This document shows, piece after piece, positions 28,616 to 42,765 of a stretch of DNA of 64,000 nucleotides. The DNA is from Octopus vulgaris (Eukaryota), in contig OX597835.1 of NCBI GenBank assembly GCA_951406725.2, positions 9,548,001 to 9,612,000 on the forward strand, written 5' to 3'. Made by a program: the position numbers and the translations under genes. The stretch's first letter is position 1. Each line of letters starts with the position of its first letter. The notes below the pieces were generated by a model. That model made no database searches. It was not told the DNA's origin and saw only the letters and a program-made list of their open reading frames with translations.

Positions 28616-30165
28616 AAATCGAAAAGTAAGAAATATCAAAGGATGTACACGGGAAATGCATTTTCTTGGTGCTCCTAATAAGGTGCGAAAAAGAGTGGGT
28701 GTATAGCATTTCATGCATGCTTCTTCGTCAGAAAGACTCGAGAGGAAATGTCCAGAGACGGAAATGTCTTGGCAGTAAATGTAGGAGTGCCCAGCAACGA
28801 TCACAGATTAAAGCTCAGTTTCGCTTTCTCATCTTTATTCTAGATTAATGTCGTTCTTCTGCGAGTATTTCAAATATTTCTACGAATGTAATTTGAATAT
28901 TTGTAGACAATTTGATGAGCGAACGGGTGGCGGTTTGATTCAGACCAGTGAAGGTTATTTTATCAAATGAAGACTTTGGGTATTTTTATGTCGTCAGAGT
29001 ACCTTTTCTTGTCCATGGTGCACATTGCGTAAATGATGTAACGTTGCCCTGACATGTGTATGGCCTGATAATGCGACTAATCATTCCCAATCGTCCAATC
29101 AAGCTATCAGATTTGATTTAAACAGTCAACGATCACTTCAGGTGTCTCAATTTTGGTTATGTTCTCTTTTACCTTTACAAGTCGACATGCATTAATATAA
29201 TGGCTTCACTGTCGAAGCGGATTTGAAAAGTAGCGAAAACAAGAATTATATCATAATTGTTTGACCATAAAATGCTTCTTGTATCCGGGGACACATTTTC
29301 TTAGCAACAGCAATTTTATTTTCAATGGAGTATATTCAGTGCTTCCCAACATTTATTACTGGATTATGACCTCAAACACTTTCACGAGAACAAAGGCTTT
29401 GTCCTCCTCTCATTCACCAAAATGGTCTACTTTACTTTCACTCACGTTTGATTTCATGTTTGTAGGCGCAAACCGTTTAATGTTAGAATTGGGATGAAAT
29501 GAAGAGTTGCTTTTGTAGGTTTTGTCCAAGTAGAGTTCTTTCGGGAATATAGTAACTTCTGTCAGGTGTGAACACGCAGCACTATCACATGCATTTTAGG
29601 AGCCAGGAATTTATTTACATTTTCTAACATATTTCGTATAGCTTCTTGTATAGAATAGTGCGACCAACTCGTCCTTGTAACTTCCTGAAGCATGAAACTA
29701 TATCTCTAGATAATATCCTTTTATTAAAGAATACAATATATATTCTATATTGCAGAATATGTGCTTAAAGAAGTATCTTATGTTCCAAAACTCTGTTGAT
29801 TTATGTTAAGATCTTTATTTTCGTGTTCGCTATTAATTTCATATAAAATCATTTCTATAAAGTGTTCGGAATTTTGTTTGCCAGGAGGTAAAATAGTTAA
29901 TAGTGACTTTCTACTCAATGTCTGACCATAGAGCGTGTGAGAAAAATCTTTCTAATATAAAACACGCATGTGGAGAACTAGCGGCGTTACAACTTGACAA
30001 CAGCATTGTTTTTGAATAGGATCCGAGACTTTTACTCCTTGTTTAACTTTCTGACAGGCAATGATGATATCTTTCCCTATAAATTCAATACCGCTATTTA
30101 TGTCTGTATTTTTCTTTACTTCAGTTACGTCAGAGATTTTAAATGAACATCATAAGAAATGATGA

Positions 30166-31366
30166 AAAAGAGATTATATGTTTTCCTTTCGGGACACATT
30201 ATTCATTTCTTAAGCACCATGTTTGAATGACGTATTTACCTGTTACAAGGAAACTGTTGACAAACAGAGGTGTTCGTTTTCTTTTTCTAACAAAGATGTC
30301 AGCGGCCTTTCGGCCTTTTCTTTCTTTTATATTGTATCCTTCTTCCTTCTTATTTATAAAACTAGACATGTTTTGTCATTTGCATAAGATTATTTCGAAT
30401 TCTCCAATTATCTCTTTCATGCCTTCGTTTTCATAACTTGATGGAAATTCCAATTTAGATTAGGTTCAATACAATTATTATAGATTCACCCTCTTAGAAA
30501 TTCACACTCAAAGTATTTACTCGATGTATTTAATGTATTTAAATTGTACTTTCCCAAAGTACTGTCGGCAATTTAATTCAAATTTGCACAAGCTTCTATG
30601 GTTTCTAATAAAGAGCGGAAGACTTCACTTTCGATTACAAATCGTGGCTGCCTGGTTGAGTTTATTTTATTTTGATCTCGTTAAGAAAATCGATGGAGCC
30701 GAATGAAGATATATTTCCCTATAAAGTCAATCCCGCTATTTATGTTTGTAACTTTTTTTTTTTACCTCAGTTACGTCAGAGATTTTAAATGAACATTATA
30801 AGAAATGATGTAAATGAAATTATATGGTTTCCTTTCAGGGCATATTATTCAATTCTTGCTCACGACGTCTGAATGACGTATTGGATGTCAAAATATATAT
30901 CCACATCAGTAAGGATATTTTGCAACAATATGCTGCAGATTGCATTGAGGGTTTTTTGGTGAGTTGTTGCGCGATCCTGTGTAATTTGAATGCACCTTGA
31001 GCCCGGACATTTCGCCTGTTAAGTTATGGAGTGTTCATGTTGTTATTAATTATCTATAATAATTGTTATTAATTATCTATAATTGGAATTTCAATCAAGT
31101 TATGAAAACGAAGGCATGAAAGAGTTAATTGGAGAATTCGAAATAATCTTATGCAAATGACAAAACATGTCTAGTTTTATAAATAAGAAGGGATAAGGAT
31201 ACAATATAAAAGAAAGAAAAGGCCGAAAGGCCGCTGACATCTTTGTTAGAAAAAGAAAACGAACACCTCTGTCAACAGTTTCCTTGTAACAGGTAAATAC
31301 GTCATTCAAACATGGTGCTTAAGAAATGAATAATGTGTCCCGAAAGGAAAACATATAATCTCTTTT
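30166..31366. repeat. Inverted repeat pair of about 300 bp (30166-30485 vs 31052-31366), overlapping an older direct repeat (30066-30238 vs 30708-30882)
   Basis: Direct comparison; also visible as the near-identical 69-aa ORFs at 30227(+) and 31309(-). Confidence 0.9.
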
Positions 31367-32749
31367 ATGGTATTTCTAATTTGGATATAACCAAAAAGAA
31401 TCTTGTAACAATAAGTTGAGATGTGATCACAATTTTTGTTAAATGGGGAAATACATGTAATGAGAAACCTTGGTCACAAAACAGGGGAAAATCTGCAAAT
31501 GGATTTGCATGCGTATCTTTCATGAATATACATTTATCTTTGTTGTAAAAATTCGCTACATTAAATAACTCACCATGACGCCTGCCTAAATACTATTTTG
31601 CAATGGAAAAACAAAACAACCTTTGCATTTTTATATGCAAAATCATTTGCAAATTTGATATATACTCAAAAGTATTCATAAATTTCTATCCTTTTGTTAC
31701 AATATTCTTCTGAATAATCTTTTGAATAGCCTTAAACCTCAACTGTATTCAATATAGCGACATTGTTTTAAAGTATTTAACTATAATACTAAATGATAAG
31801 ACTTCCCCTGTTTCATTATCAATAGTCTGCTAGTGGACAACCCCTTAATTATCAGCTAACATCTTGTTTTAAGTTTTCCCTTACTAAATCTCAGGACATT
31901 GCTTCTAATAAATCTTGATTTTAATGATTATACCATCTAGAATATCTGTCTACTCCCTCAACCCTACCCCCGAACAAATACTGCCCTCTGTTTCTCTCAG
32001 CGTTAAATATACAAGGGATTTGATAAACTAGTCTATAAATTAAAACGGACCCTATGAAAAAACAAAAACATCAGTGAGAGACAGTGTCCCCTTGAAAATT
32101 TTAGTTATGACTATGCTGTTGTAGGTACAACATGTTCTTTGTATATCTTCTTAACCTCTTGGAGATTCTAGGTTTAATTATACTAATGTGTCCATCTGTT
32201 CTAATTCAATTAAATTCTATGTCTTTCTGCAGCTTAAGATTGCTCTACATTTCAAATTGATGTAATGATTGCATTGTTCAATTAAATGGGGTTGCATGAA
32301 ACGCAGTCAAATGGTTGAAACAAATAAATGAATATAAGTATACATATATTTCGTCCCACGCCGGAGCATGCTACAAGTCTATGATGTGTGTCAATGAATG
32401 GATGTCTTGTATAAGAATGTACATAATATACGAATGCATTTGCTTCCGAAGAAGTCAAAAAGAAGACGACAACAACAACAACAACAACAACAACGGCAAC
32501 AGATGGAGAAGATGTTGGAAATGAACATGAAAAAATGTAACTAAAGCCTTAATGAGGAGATATTCAGATGTAAGTCATTGTATATAATGTGTGGAATATA
32601 ATGATACGACGCCATAAGTCTACGCTAGAAATCCCTAGAAGTATGAGGAGATGCCTTCAGGGAACGAAAATTAAATATTCACTCATAGGACATATTTATA
32701 CAGCTAAATCATTAATAAGTATACTACTACACAAATGTAGATCGATAGA

Positions 32750-33300
<551 letters not shown>

Positions 33301-33389
33301 TACACACCTATACACGCAGATTTCCGTTCACACACACACACACAGACACACACATATATATATGTATATGTGTATGTGCGTGTGCATGA

Positions 33390-33435
<46 letters not shown>

Positions 33436-34144
33436 ATCTATATATCTACCTCCCTCTCTTTCTCTGTTTCTCACTCTATGTGTGTGTATATTTTAGACAA
33501 TGCCTTAAAAATCCAATAATTGTTTCCTGTCCATTTACAGATGTATTCATTTTTACATCTGCCCTCTTACAACCTGTGCAAATGGAGTATAATAACAATA
33601 ATAACGATAAGCAATTACCTCCCCTTATTTTTCCACTTGTGAAGTCATTCACTCGTAAATATCATCACACACAACATGTTGCATCTCGTCAGGTTACACG
33701 TTTTGTATAAGATACTTTGCTATACATACAGATTTTTGCTAAGCATATTGTAGTCGAGTCAGTATAGCAAATATCCTACAGGTGACCACAACATACCAAG
33801 TGAAAATCAGTATATGAAACGAAGTATCTTATTTAAAACATTCAGATATGCAACCTGTTAGTATGGATGCAATTGCAATATCTCACCCGTAAAGGACAGA
33901 CGCAGGACGCGTCGTAACGATCGTTGGGTTGAATAAAGATTCTTGCTAACTCCATTTTCTGTTTCCCCCCATTCCTTATAAACGCAACAAACACTGCAGA
34001 ATTCTTGTAGTTCCATTGACAATTTGCCACAACCGTAGATAACATCATGTAGCCTAAACGGTGAAAGTGCTTTAATCGGCATACTACTAGACATCTACCC
34101 GAAGTCCAAATAATTATATATATAATTAATAATTATATATATAC

Positions 34145-34472
34145 CTTATAAAATAAAGGCAAAAGAAAAAATTCTAATGTCAAATATGCCGAAAATAGAC
34201 AAATTGTCAATAACCATTATAATTTATTACAATTAACATGCGTTTCGAAACAAGCCGATAGAAATTCCTAGAAAATTCCGTTATTACTGTATTGGTCCAA
34301 ATTTCAGAGTTAATTCATAAAAATTTTCTCCTCCTCGGCGATAAATACGTAAGACATAAATAAAATACTTACTCATACCCATGGAAAAAGCAAGCACTAA
34401 GAACTAAGTACCCCAAAATATATCCACAATAGAAAATCTTCAGCACATCTCGAGACACGTGCGATTCGAACT
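34145..34472 (-). mobile_element. Diverged copy of the 464-bp HHR-bearing pLTR/retrozyme-like unit
   Basis: Colinear with about 39717-40036 and ends in (TA)n. Confidence 0.8.
34284..34344 (-). ncRNA. Type I hammerhead motif, diverged (CCGAGGA core)
   Basis: ttatcg CCGAGGA ggag-loop-ctct GAAA tttggaccaa TA cagtaa; stem II covaries relative to the 40303 copy. Confidence 0.55.
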
Positions 34473-34574
34473 ATATATATATATAATACAAAATACAAGG
34501 TAAAAATTATATACTTTGTATTAATTGGTTTTCCACGCTAGCTACTTGATAAATCTTATATAGATTTTATCCTC

Positions 34575-34640
<66 letters not shown>

Positions 34641-37619
34641 TAAAAGCAAACACATTGTTATACATTTATTTGTGTGTACCATGTACACATAAAAGCTTAG
34701 AACGAATAAACAATAGAAATATGTAGAATCAATACAGAAAAGTTCTACTTTAGCTTCCTAACATTTTTTTGTGTTATTCTTCTATTAAATCACCAGCAAA
34801 CTGTTTACATGAATACCTTACAAAATGTCTACGCGCGTATGTGTGTGTCTGTGTGTCCTGATAAAATAAAAAAAAACAAACAAAAATGTATTTTGTCTGC
34901 ATAATTACAGAAAATACAGTGCCATGTAAAAGCAATTGAGCTGCTAGTTATTGTAGTTAAGAGTAAAACAATTGTATAATCACGTATTAAGTAACAAAAG
35001 CTTCTTCAGATTGCAGCAAAGGAAAAGGTTTGCGCTATTTGAAAAAAAAAAAAAAGTTCGAGAAAGTTTTGAATCATTGCAATTATTATGAACATAAAAT
35101 AAAAGAAAGCAATCTTATTACGTTGTTTTTCCTAATCCATATTCTTGCGCCGAACAGTTCAATAATAGTCGAACGATATTTCTGGAGCCGGATGATGGCT
35201 GTAGCGGGGGGAAAACACTTGTACATAAAGACGAGCAGAAGTAAATGCTAACGTATGCTATATTTAAGTTCCTTGAATAATTCATGTGCTTATTTTTTTC
35301 TTTTTACATAAACTGGAACATAATTCCTGGCTTTAGCATAAAACACATGCGTGAAATAACATTTGGGAATACATCTGACATAAAGTACATATAGGAAATA
35401 ACTCTATTACCAAGGAATATAGATTTCGCTCATATAATCATTTTCCTAATATTTTAAAATTTTCTTTGACGGAATATGACCTGGAAACCGATATAATATG
35501 AATATATTGTATAAGATGAAAGCACATATGCATAATTAAGTAAGATGCATGTTTTACATGAATTCGTCCCCCACATTCTCCGTTCTGCGTTAGAATCCTG
35601 TTAAAATTATTGCGCCTCATATGCCGACTGGCATCCACGAGGAAATATTTGAAAAGGATGCCGAGACATATCAGAATTAATCCACACCCTACTGCTTTAA
35701 AATTAAGGAGGGTAAGACCAATAATTTAGTCCTAAAGAAATAAAACTTAGGGTGGTCACGATAAGAGCGCGTTTCAACAAAGAAAAGGTATGTGACTCAG
35801 CAACAACTAATATCAACAAAATAAGTATTAAATATTTGAAGTCTGTTTCAAATTTTATGCACTTTCTGCAAAATCACGTGGTTGTTCTTTAAAAGGATAT
35901 CATAATTTGCGAATTTTCTGGAAGATTGGAACAATACGGTGTTGATCTAGAACTGATAGATGGGTAGCTTTTGACCAGTGGGTACATAGACGATGCCTAT
36001 GTTGTAATCATATTCATCTTTCAATCACTTTCTCCCGCTTTCTCTCTACCTTAGAATTTAACGTAGATTTCTTTGTAAATGTTTAACGAGGTGTACCGCA
36101 TTTCTGGTGCAACTGGAGGACATTTTGTTTCACATATGTCCAGATGCCAAATCTTGCCAAGATTTCAATGAATCGTAATGGCGTGCTCAGAAATATTTCT
36201 GTAAACCAAATAAACAAAGATACAAACAGGTAATACATCTAGGATATTCCAAATGTCATCTAGTGTTTTAAAATGTCATAATATGTCAGATCCTGAGAGA
36301 TGTTATCTATTTGTGTATTTCTGTACATCTATAGACATGTCAGAACTTACTCATTACATAAAAACTGAGTTCACAAGGTGTATTTGCCCCGATGCTCAAC
36401 ATCAGAACTAAAAGCCCTTTTGCCCAATTTTTTTTTAAATTTGTTTTGTTAATCTGTTACCCGAAGATAATCGTCTCATTTAATTGGCTCGCACAAGCTT
36501 ACTAATAAATTACTACTGTGTCCCACGTATAAAAAAGAAATTTTCTGTATCGTAAAGATTTCTATGTGGAGTGGAATCTGAAACAATAAGTGTATTTTTT
36601 CATAACATACACGAGTCATCATGAATACATTGTCGTCATAAAAAGAAATTGTTCTTCTGTGACGTACACATCGGCGACTAGCATATTTGCTTTCGAGAAT
36701 AAATACCCAAATCTTCGTTATTCTATCTACCACATTTGTATTCTTCTACAGTTCATTCCTACATAATACCCGAGATATGAAAGTTTAATGCTGAGATATT
36801 CATCTAATGAATGATGCGTGGTGATGTATAAAGGTGATCACGTATATTGCCAACTCAGATAGCAACAACGTTAATTTATATGTTTGGCAGTATGGCCTGT
36901 ACCTGAATAGCAACAGAGCAGTAGACCAAAACCCCAAAATGTGAATGCATTTCGTAACCGGGCGTAGTGAATTTATGAAACCCTTTTATTGTGGTAATGT
37001 TCGATAAGTATTATGTAGCTTATATACGAAAAGTAGTTTAAACCAACGAGATTAAAAAAGCATGATTCATGACCAAATTAAACGAGGAAGTCAAGTTACT
37101 GCTTATATATTTCAGGTAATGCACGCATATACAGACAGAGAGCCTGAAAGATTGCTTTAAGATATATGGATATTGGAACGTCTGTTCCAATATCATAATA
37201 GCATGACACTTAGCTCTTTCGGTTGTATATCTAATTTAATATATATATACATATAAAGGGTGAAACATAAGTAATTTAATAAAATCAATAAATTTCATCT
37301 AGTAGTCTTTTGGTATGGAACGGACCATATTCGGTAAGAATTATATAATTATGATAAAGGGTTTTTGCAACAAGTTGCTTAAACCACGTACCGAAAATAT
37401 TAGAAGTAGCAATCAAATGGGCTACTATTACTATTACTACAAAAATAAGTCTCCACAAACAACAGTATTTGGGTTACAAATACTTCCGCTCGGTGGGTGC
37501 CACGTCACCTGACACCTGATCAAAAGCGCACCAGATCGCACCACGGGAAAATCTGGCATTGTTTCAGGCAGATCCAGCTGGTTTCCTTCATTACTTTGAG
37601 CTAGAGATAAAGAGATAAT

Positions 37620-38194
37620 TAATGGAGTGGAAACAATTCTCCTTACCTGCTCCAAGGAAGTCCAAGGTCGCTTAATCAGTAAGGAAGGCAATTCCCTCAG
37701 AGTTTCGACTTGCAAAACAATATTATGTTTATTGACTGCTAATGAGCCGCTGCATCGATGGAGAGTATTATGACAAGTTACTGAGGCGGTTACAAAAGCT
37801 ATCAAGGCCGAATTGCCAGGAAAACTAACGGAATGACTTTTGTTTCTTCAGGACAGTACTCAGGACACTTTCTTCCAATGGCAGCTGGCAGTGACTGTAG
37901 CTTTGAAATAGATTATCCCTGTCCCTATTTTACTTATTAGGCCCGATCTGACATATTATTTGTTCTCCAACATGAAAAAGCACTAGGCCGGGAACAAGTA
38001 ACGCAGTGGTCATATCTGCTGTTGATGACTTTTGGCCAGCAGGATAAAAGCTTCTTCACCAATGGGATTCACTCACTGCAAAACCGATGGAAAAAGTATG
38101 GATGGCAAGTGGGGCTATGTTGGAAAATAAAGTTCATTTGGTCACTGTCCCTGAAAGTATCTTGGTCAGCCTACGACCTTTTCAGTTGACCTTC
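37620..38194 (+). mobile_element. Decayed mariner transposase, catalytic/C-terminal part plus right TIR
   Basis: Frameshifted blocks MEWK, PRKSKV, IDGEYYDKLLRRL, LLFLQDS, YLFSNMKKH, QQDKSFFTNGIHSLQNRWKK and GYV; the end cttttcagttgaccttc resembles a mariner TIR. Confidence 0.8.
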
Positions 38195-38205
38195 AAGAAT
38201 GTATG

Positions 38206-38248
<43 letters not shown>

Positions 38249-38914
38249 ATACACACACATGTATGTATATATATATATATACACGTACACATGCACACAT
38301 AAAGTAATGAGTGATTAAATGGGAAGTGTGCAACGTTGGTCACTTAATCTGCAGCAACAATGGATGCATTATACGCTTGACCAAAACACAAATTAGTCGA
38401 GTGTATACATATTTATGAGTAAACACTGAATCCATCAACATTTATGATTCACATCCATTTCAATTGATCCATTGAAGAGATAGCGTTGAAATATCTTTGT
38501 TTCGTCATCAATTATCTCACATGTGATATCGATTCGTAAATATATAACATTATTGCGTAACTTGACGAAAGAAATCAAATTATCTGAGCGGATTATATAA
38601 TTGAATGAGTGAATAAATAAAAGACTAATTTTCTTCATCTTATTCCCCATAATTAGGAGGTGTTCCTAGGTACTCAAATGATGCCGTTGGAATCGAATAA
38701 GAGGATATGCAAATAATGGATAAATTGAATAACTGTGCAACCGATGATATACAAGGAGCATGATGTTACAAGGGATTTATGAGAACGCAATTCTGAATAC
38801 ATTTGTTCGTCTTTGGTATATACTATAAAACACATCGGTAATTTAATAGATATATATGTATATATGTACATTTATATAAATTGATGTACATAAATACATG
38901 TATTTATGTGTATG

Positions 38915-38962
<48 letters not shown>

Positions 38963-39296
38963 ACGAAATTATATATATATATCATATATATATATATATA
39001 TACCACGAAATTATATTTGTGCGCGTAAGCATGATTACGCTCGTATATGAGGGTATGTACCTCAGGGAAATTTCTTCTTTGTTCATTCTGGTTAGTAAGA
39101 CAATATACGCTCACACAGACATTTCTGTATTATGCATCTATCCATCGATCTATCTATATCTATCTTTATATGTGTGTGTGTCTATATGCGTGTGTGGTGG
39201 GTATGCGTGTGTGTATGTGCGTGCGTGAGTGTGTGTATGTGTCTTTGTGTGTGTGTGCGTCTGTGTATTTTATATTAAATCCGAAAAATTCTTCAC

Positions 39297-39339
39297 ACTC
39301 TGCTACTCAAAGTTTCACGTTAGCCTTCGTCGGAGAGTT
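39297..39339 (-). ncRNA. Minimal hammerhead-like motif (CCGACGA core), decayed stems
   Basis: aactct CCGACGA agg-ctaa-cgt GAAA ctttgag TA gcagagt. Confidence 0.45.
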
Positions 39340-39345
39340 GTGATA

Positions 39346-39385
39346 ACTGTCCGAAGAACGATAACGTGAAACTCTGAGTAACTGT
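39346..39385 (+). ncRNA. Minimal type I hammerhead motif (CCGAAGA core, U4C)
   Basis: actgt CCGAAGA acg-ataa-cgt GAAA ctctgag TA actgt; 3-bp stem II, stem III A-ctc-t-gag-U, GUA| site, stem I 4/5 paired. Confidence 0.6.
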
Positions 39386-39666
39386 CGGTGAAGACTTTTT
39401 CGGCTTTAATAAAAGGAATATTACACTGTCATTCGTAACTAAATCCTAAATTTTCCCCTTTTTCCAAATTTATGTGCTCGTTGTTGTTCGAGGCTTTTGT
39501 CGTTAGAACTGGCGTCGTTGATACTGCTACGTGCTGCGCCTTTATTTTGCATATATATATATATATATATATACATATATATACATATATATGTATACAT
39601 ATATGCATATACATATATATACATATTAATGCACACACACATATATTTATTATATTAATATATATG

Positions 39667-39714
<48 letters not shown>

Positions 39715-39838
39715 ATTTACAAGATAAGGGCAAAAGAAAAATTCTAATGCCAAATATGCCGAAACAAAATATTGTCGATAACCATTGTAATTTATGCGTC
39801 TCGAAACAAACCGATAGAAATCTCTAAAAAATTCGTTA

Positions 39839-39899
39839 TTACCGTATTGGTCCAATTTTGGGGTTAATTCATAAGACATTTTCCCCTCTACAGCGGCAA
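39839..39899 (-). ncRNA. Type I hammerhead motif, core-mutated copy
   Basis: ttgccg CTGTAGA gggg-loop-cccc AAAA ttggaccaa TA cggtaa: stem I fully paired, but A6U and G12A changes. Confidence 0.55.
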
Positions 39900-40302
39900 A
39901 CACGCGAGATATAAGTGAAATACTTACTCATACCCATGGAAAAAGCAAGCACCAAGTCCAGAGCAGACCTAAGTACCCCAAATATATCCAAAATAGAAAA
40001 TCTGCGGCACATCTCGAGACACGTGTGATTCGAACTAGAAACTTTCACAGAGTTACAAAATCCGTGAGTGAACACAATTCTATTTATAATTAATGTAGGA
40101 TCAAATTTCTTTCGGGAAAAAATTTTTATCAATGGCCAGCATATCAAAAAATACCTTCAAAGGTTAAATTTATAAATAATTTACAAGATAAGGGCAAAAG
40201 AAAAATTCTAATGCCAAATATGCCGAAACAAAAACTTGTCGATAACCATTGTAATTTATGCGTCTCGAAACAAACCGATAGAAATCTCCCAAAAATTCGT
40301 TA

Positions 40303-40363
40303 TTACAGTATTGGTCCAATTTCGGGGTTAATTCATAAGAAATTTTCCCCTCTTCAGCGGCAA
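40303..40363 (-). ncRNA. Type I hammerhead ribozyme, canonical core
   Basis: ttgccg CTGAAGA gggg-(19 nt)-cccc GAAA ttggaccaa TA| ctgtaa; all core nucleotides present, one stem I mismatch; predicted cleavage between 40309 and 40308. Confidence 0.8.
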
Positions 40364-40423
40364 ATACGGTAATAACGAATTTTTTTAGAGATTTCTATCG
40401 GTTTGTTTCGAGACGCATATATT

Positions 40424-40517
<94 letters not shown>

Positions 40518-40520
<3 letters not shown>

Positions 40521-40735
40521 TGATTTCTTGCTAATAGAGAAAGACCCGATTTCCAACTTAGATCCAAGGCTCATTGATTGGAATTTCATCAACAACGGAG
40601 TGTTTTTGTTTGTATGTATGTATGTATGTATGTATGTATGTATGTATGTATGTATGTATGTATGTATGTGTGTATGTACATGTGCAGATATTTATGCTTT
40701 TGTTATGTATGTATTCTCATGCAAATAGTTGCATA
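40518..40735. repeat. Interspersed repeat; second copy in opposite orientation at about 57770-57967
   Basis: gatttcttgctaatagagaaagacccgatttccaacttagatccaagg... matches the reverse complement of 57865-57935, and the gtgcagat...gtattctc block is also shared. Confidence 0.7.
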
Positions 40736-41098
40736 TCTAGACATTCTCATATATATTTAAATGAGAAACTTCTGGGAGTTTTATACATTTTTACAGTTCT
40801 AATGATAGATTGGAGCTGTAATCGTCGAATCAGCTTTCTCCTTTCTGGTTTTGAGAAGCTTAATTTCTCATGATTGTTATTTAAGCGGTGTGTTACATAT
40901 CCGGGAACACCAATAATTAGAGAAATAAACCAGAACTTGTAATTTGGATAAACTATCTACAGATTTCTCAATAGTTCAGCCTAAATATTCTCTTTTCCAC
41001 TTATCTTCAGCTTTGTTATGTATGCATATATGTATGTATGTATGTAAGTATGTATGTATGTATATATGTATGTATGTGTATGTATGTAGGTATGTACA

Positions 41099-41203
<105 letters not shown>

Positions 41204-41217
41204 ATATATATAATTTA

Positions 41218-41331
<114 letters not shown>

Positions 41332-42263
41332 CGCATATATATACGCAAGATATATACTTGCTTGTGGTGTATCGATTATGCGTGTATTTATGTATTTATG
41401 CGTATTCATATATGCGTATAAGAATTGTTCGTACCAACACATGAAAACTGTCCATGCAGCTCTTACGTAGATTAGTTATGATGGAATATCATGTTTATGT
41501 CTCCCTTAGAATCTCAATTTATAATACCTAAAACATTTTTTACTGATATTCATAATAAAATGTTTGTCATTGGGAAACTGGAAAATTTCATACATAAAAA
41601 ATGAAGGTTTTATATTCTTACACTGAAGTTCTCTCCCTTCTTTATCATTGTCATTATGAATTTTATTGTTCATACTGTACAATGGAATTCTGGGTAAATT
41701 GCATTTTGTTCAAACGTTAAGCAATCTCTCTTACACTACTATCTCGCACACACATATATATATATATATAAACAATTTTGATGCCTAATTCCTATGATGG
41801 TTATAGCTAAATCGAAAACAACGTGAATATTAAGGTGTTTTATTAGTTTTACTTCGTTATTTAATGCATTTCCTCTGAGTTAAAGACCGATCAGCTCTGT
41901 ATTTGATACATCAAGGAACGATACGTTACGGTATTAAGTAATAAGCAAGAGATATTACAAGATGTATTATTCGTGTCAAATTATAGATTTAAACTCTGAA
42001 TTGTTAATATTCATAGTTTGGCAACTATAATCTTCGAAAAATTTCATTACGTCAAGGAAAATTCTATATAAAAATGTTTGACATTTTTGCATTAAACTTC
42101 ATTATCATCTTAGCTTAATGGCACAGATTTCTCAGCCGGAATTTGCTAGGTATGGTATTCTAATGTCTGTGGAACCTTGCTAGCCATTTTTTCTCTATTT
42201 TCTGAAGAGTTTTTACCCGGTTTTAGCCGAAAGATTCAGGATTAAGACTTAAAGAAATCCTGA

Positions 42264-42479
42264 AGGCGACGGGCTGGTAAAATCGTTAGCAAACCACGCA
42301 AAATACTTCGCAGCATTTGGTGTGTTTTCACGTTCTGAGTGCAAATTCCGCCGAGATCGACTTTGTCTTTCATCATTTCGGGATTGATAAATTAAGTACC
42401 AGTTATGCACCTGGGTCGGTGTAATTAACAATCCCCCTCCCCCATAATTTCAGGTCTTTTGCCTACAGTAGAAATGATT
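42264..42479 (+). mobile_element. Diverged SINE family B
   Basis: aggcgacgggctggtaaaatcgttagc...gataaattaagtaccag. Confidence 0.8.
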
Positions 42480-42484
42480 CTTAT

Positions 42485-42760
42485 CGTGGCCTAGTGTTTA
42501 GGGTGTTACACTCACGAACGCAATATCGTGGTTTCTGTTTGCAGATGGGGTGGTATGTGATTTTCTTTAGCAAAAAGTTTCACCTCACGTTGTTCTGCGA
42601 TCATTTAGACACACCTGGGGCGTGGCACACCATGACCCTGTTCCAGCAACATCAATTTGAATGAGGGGCTGAACTAATGTACAGCACGAACATTTCATCT
42701 CTATAAACAAATCATTTGTGCAGATCATTCGGCGTATAACAAAAACCCATTCGTCATCTT
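42485..42760 (+). mobile_element. Probable old tRNA-derived SINE of another family
   Basis: A-box-like gtggcctagtgtttagggtg head resembling family C; only one copy in the window. Confidence 0.4.
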
Positions 42761-42765
42761 CGATG

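Larger units (their letters stand above)
39273..39550. mobile_element. Fold-back element with two back-to-back hammerhead motifs, ending at (TA)n
   Basis: Imperfect palindrome at 39273-39411, centred near 39342. Confidence 0.7.
39712..40428 (-). mobile_element. Partial tandem (464-bp unit x about 1.4) plus terminal inversion, PLE pLTR/retrozyme-like, inserted in (TA)n
   Basis: The unit starts at 39712 and again at 40176; about 40363-40428 is an inverted copy of about 39785-39848; each unit carries an HHR motif. Confidence 0.85.

Noticed and set aside
28850-29700. Microsatellite-free stretch that could be a decayed coding region
   Set aside because: Partial manual translation gave frequent stops and no recognisable motif; a blastx search would be needed.
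42197-42242. CTGAAGA...gccGAAAgatTC hammerhead-like string
   Set aside because: Stem II is mostly unpaired, stem III is 1 bp and stem I relies on G-U pairs; it could be chance or a very old relic.
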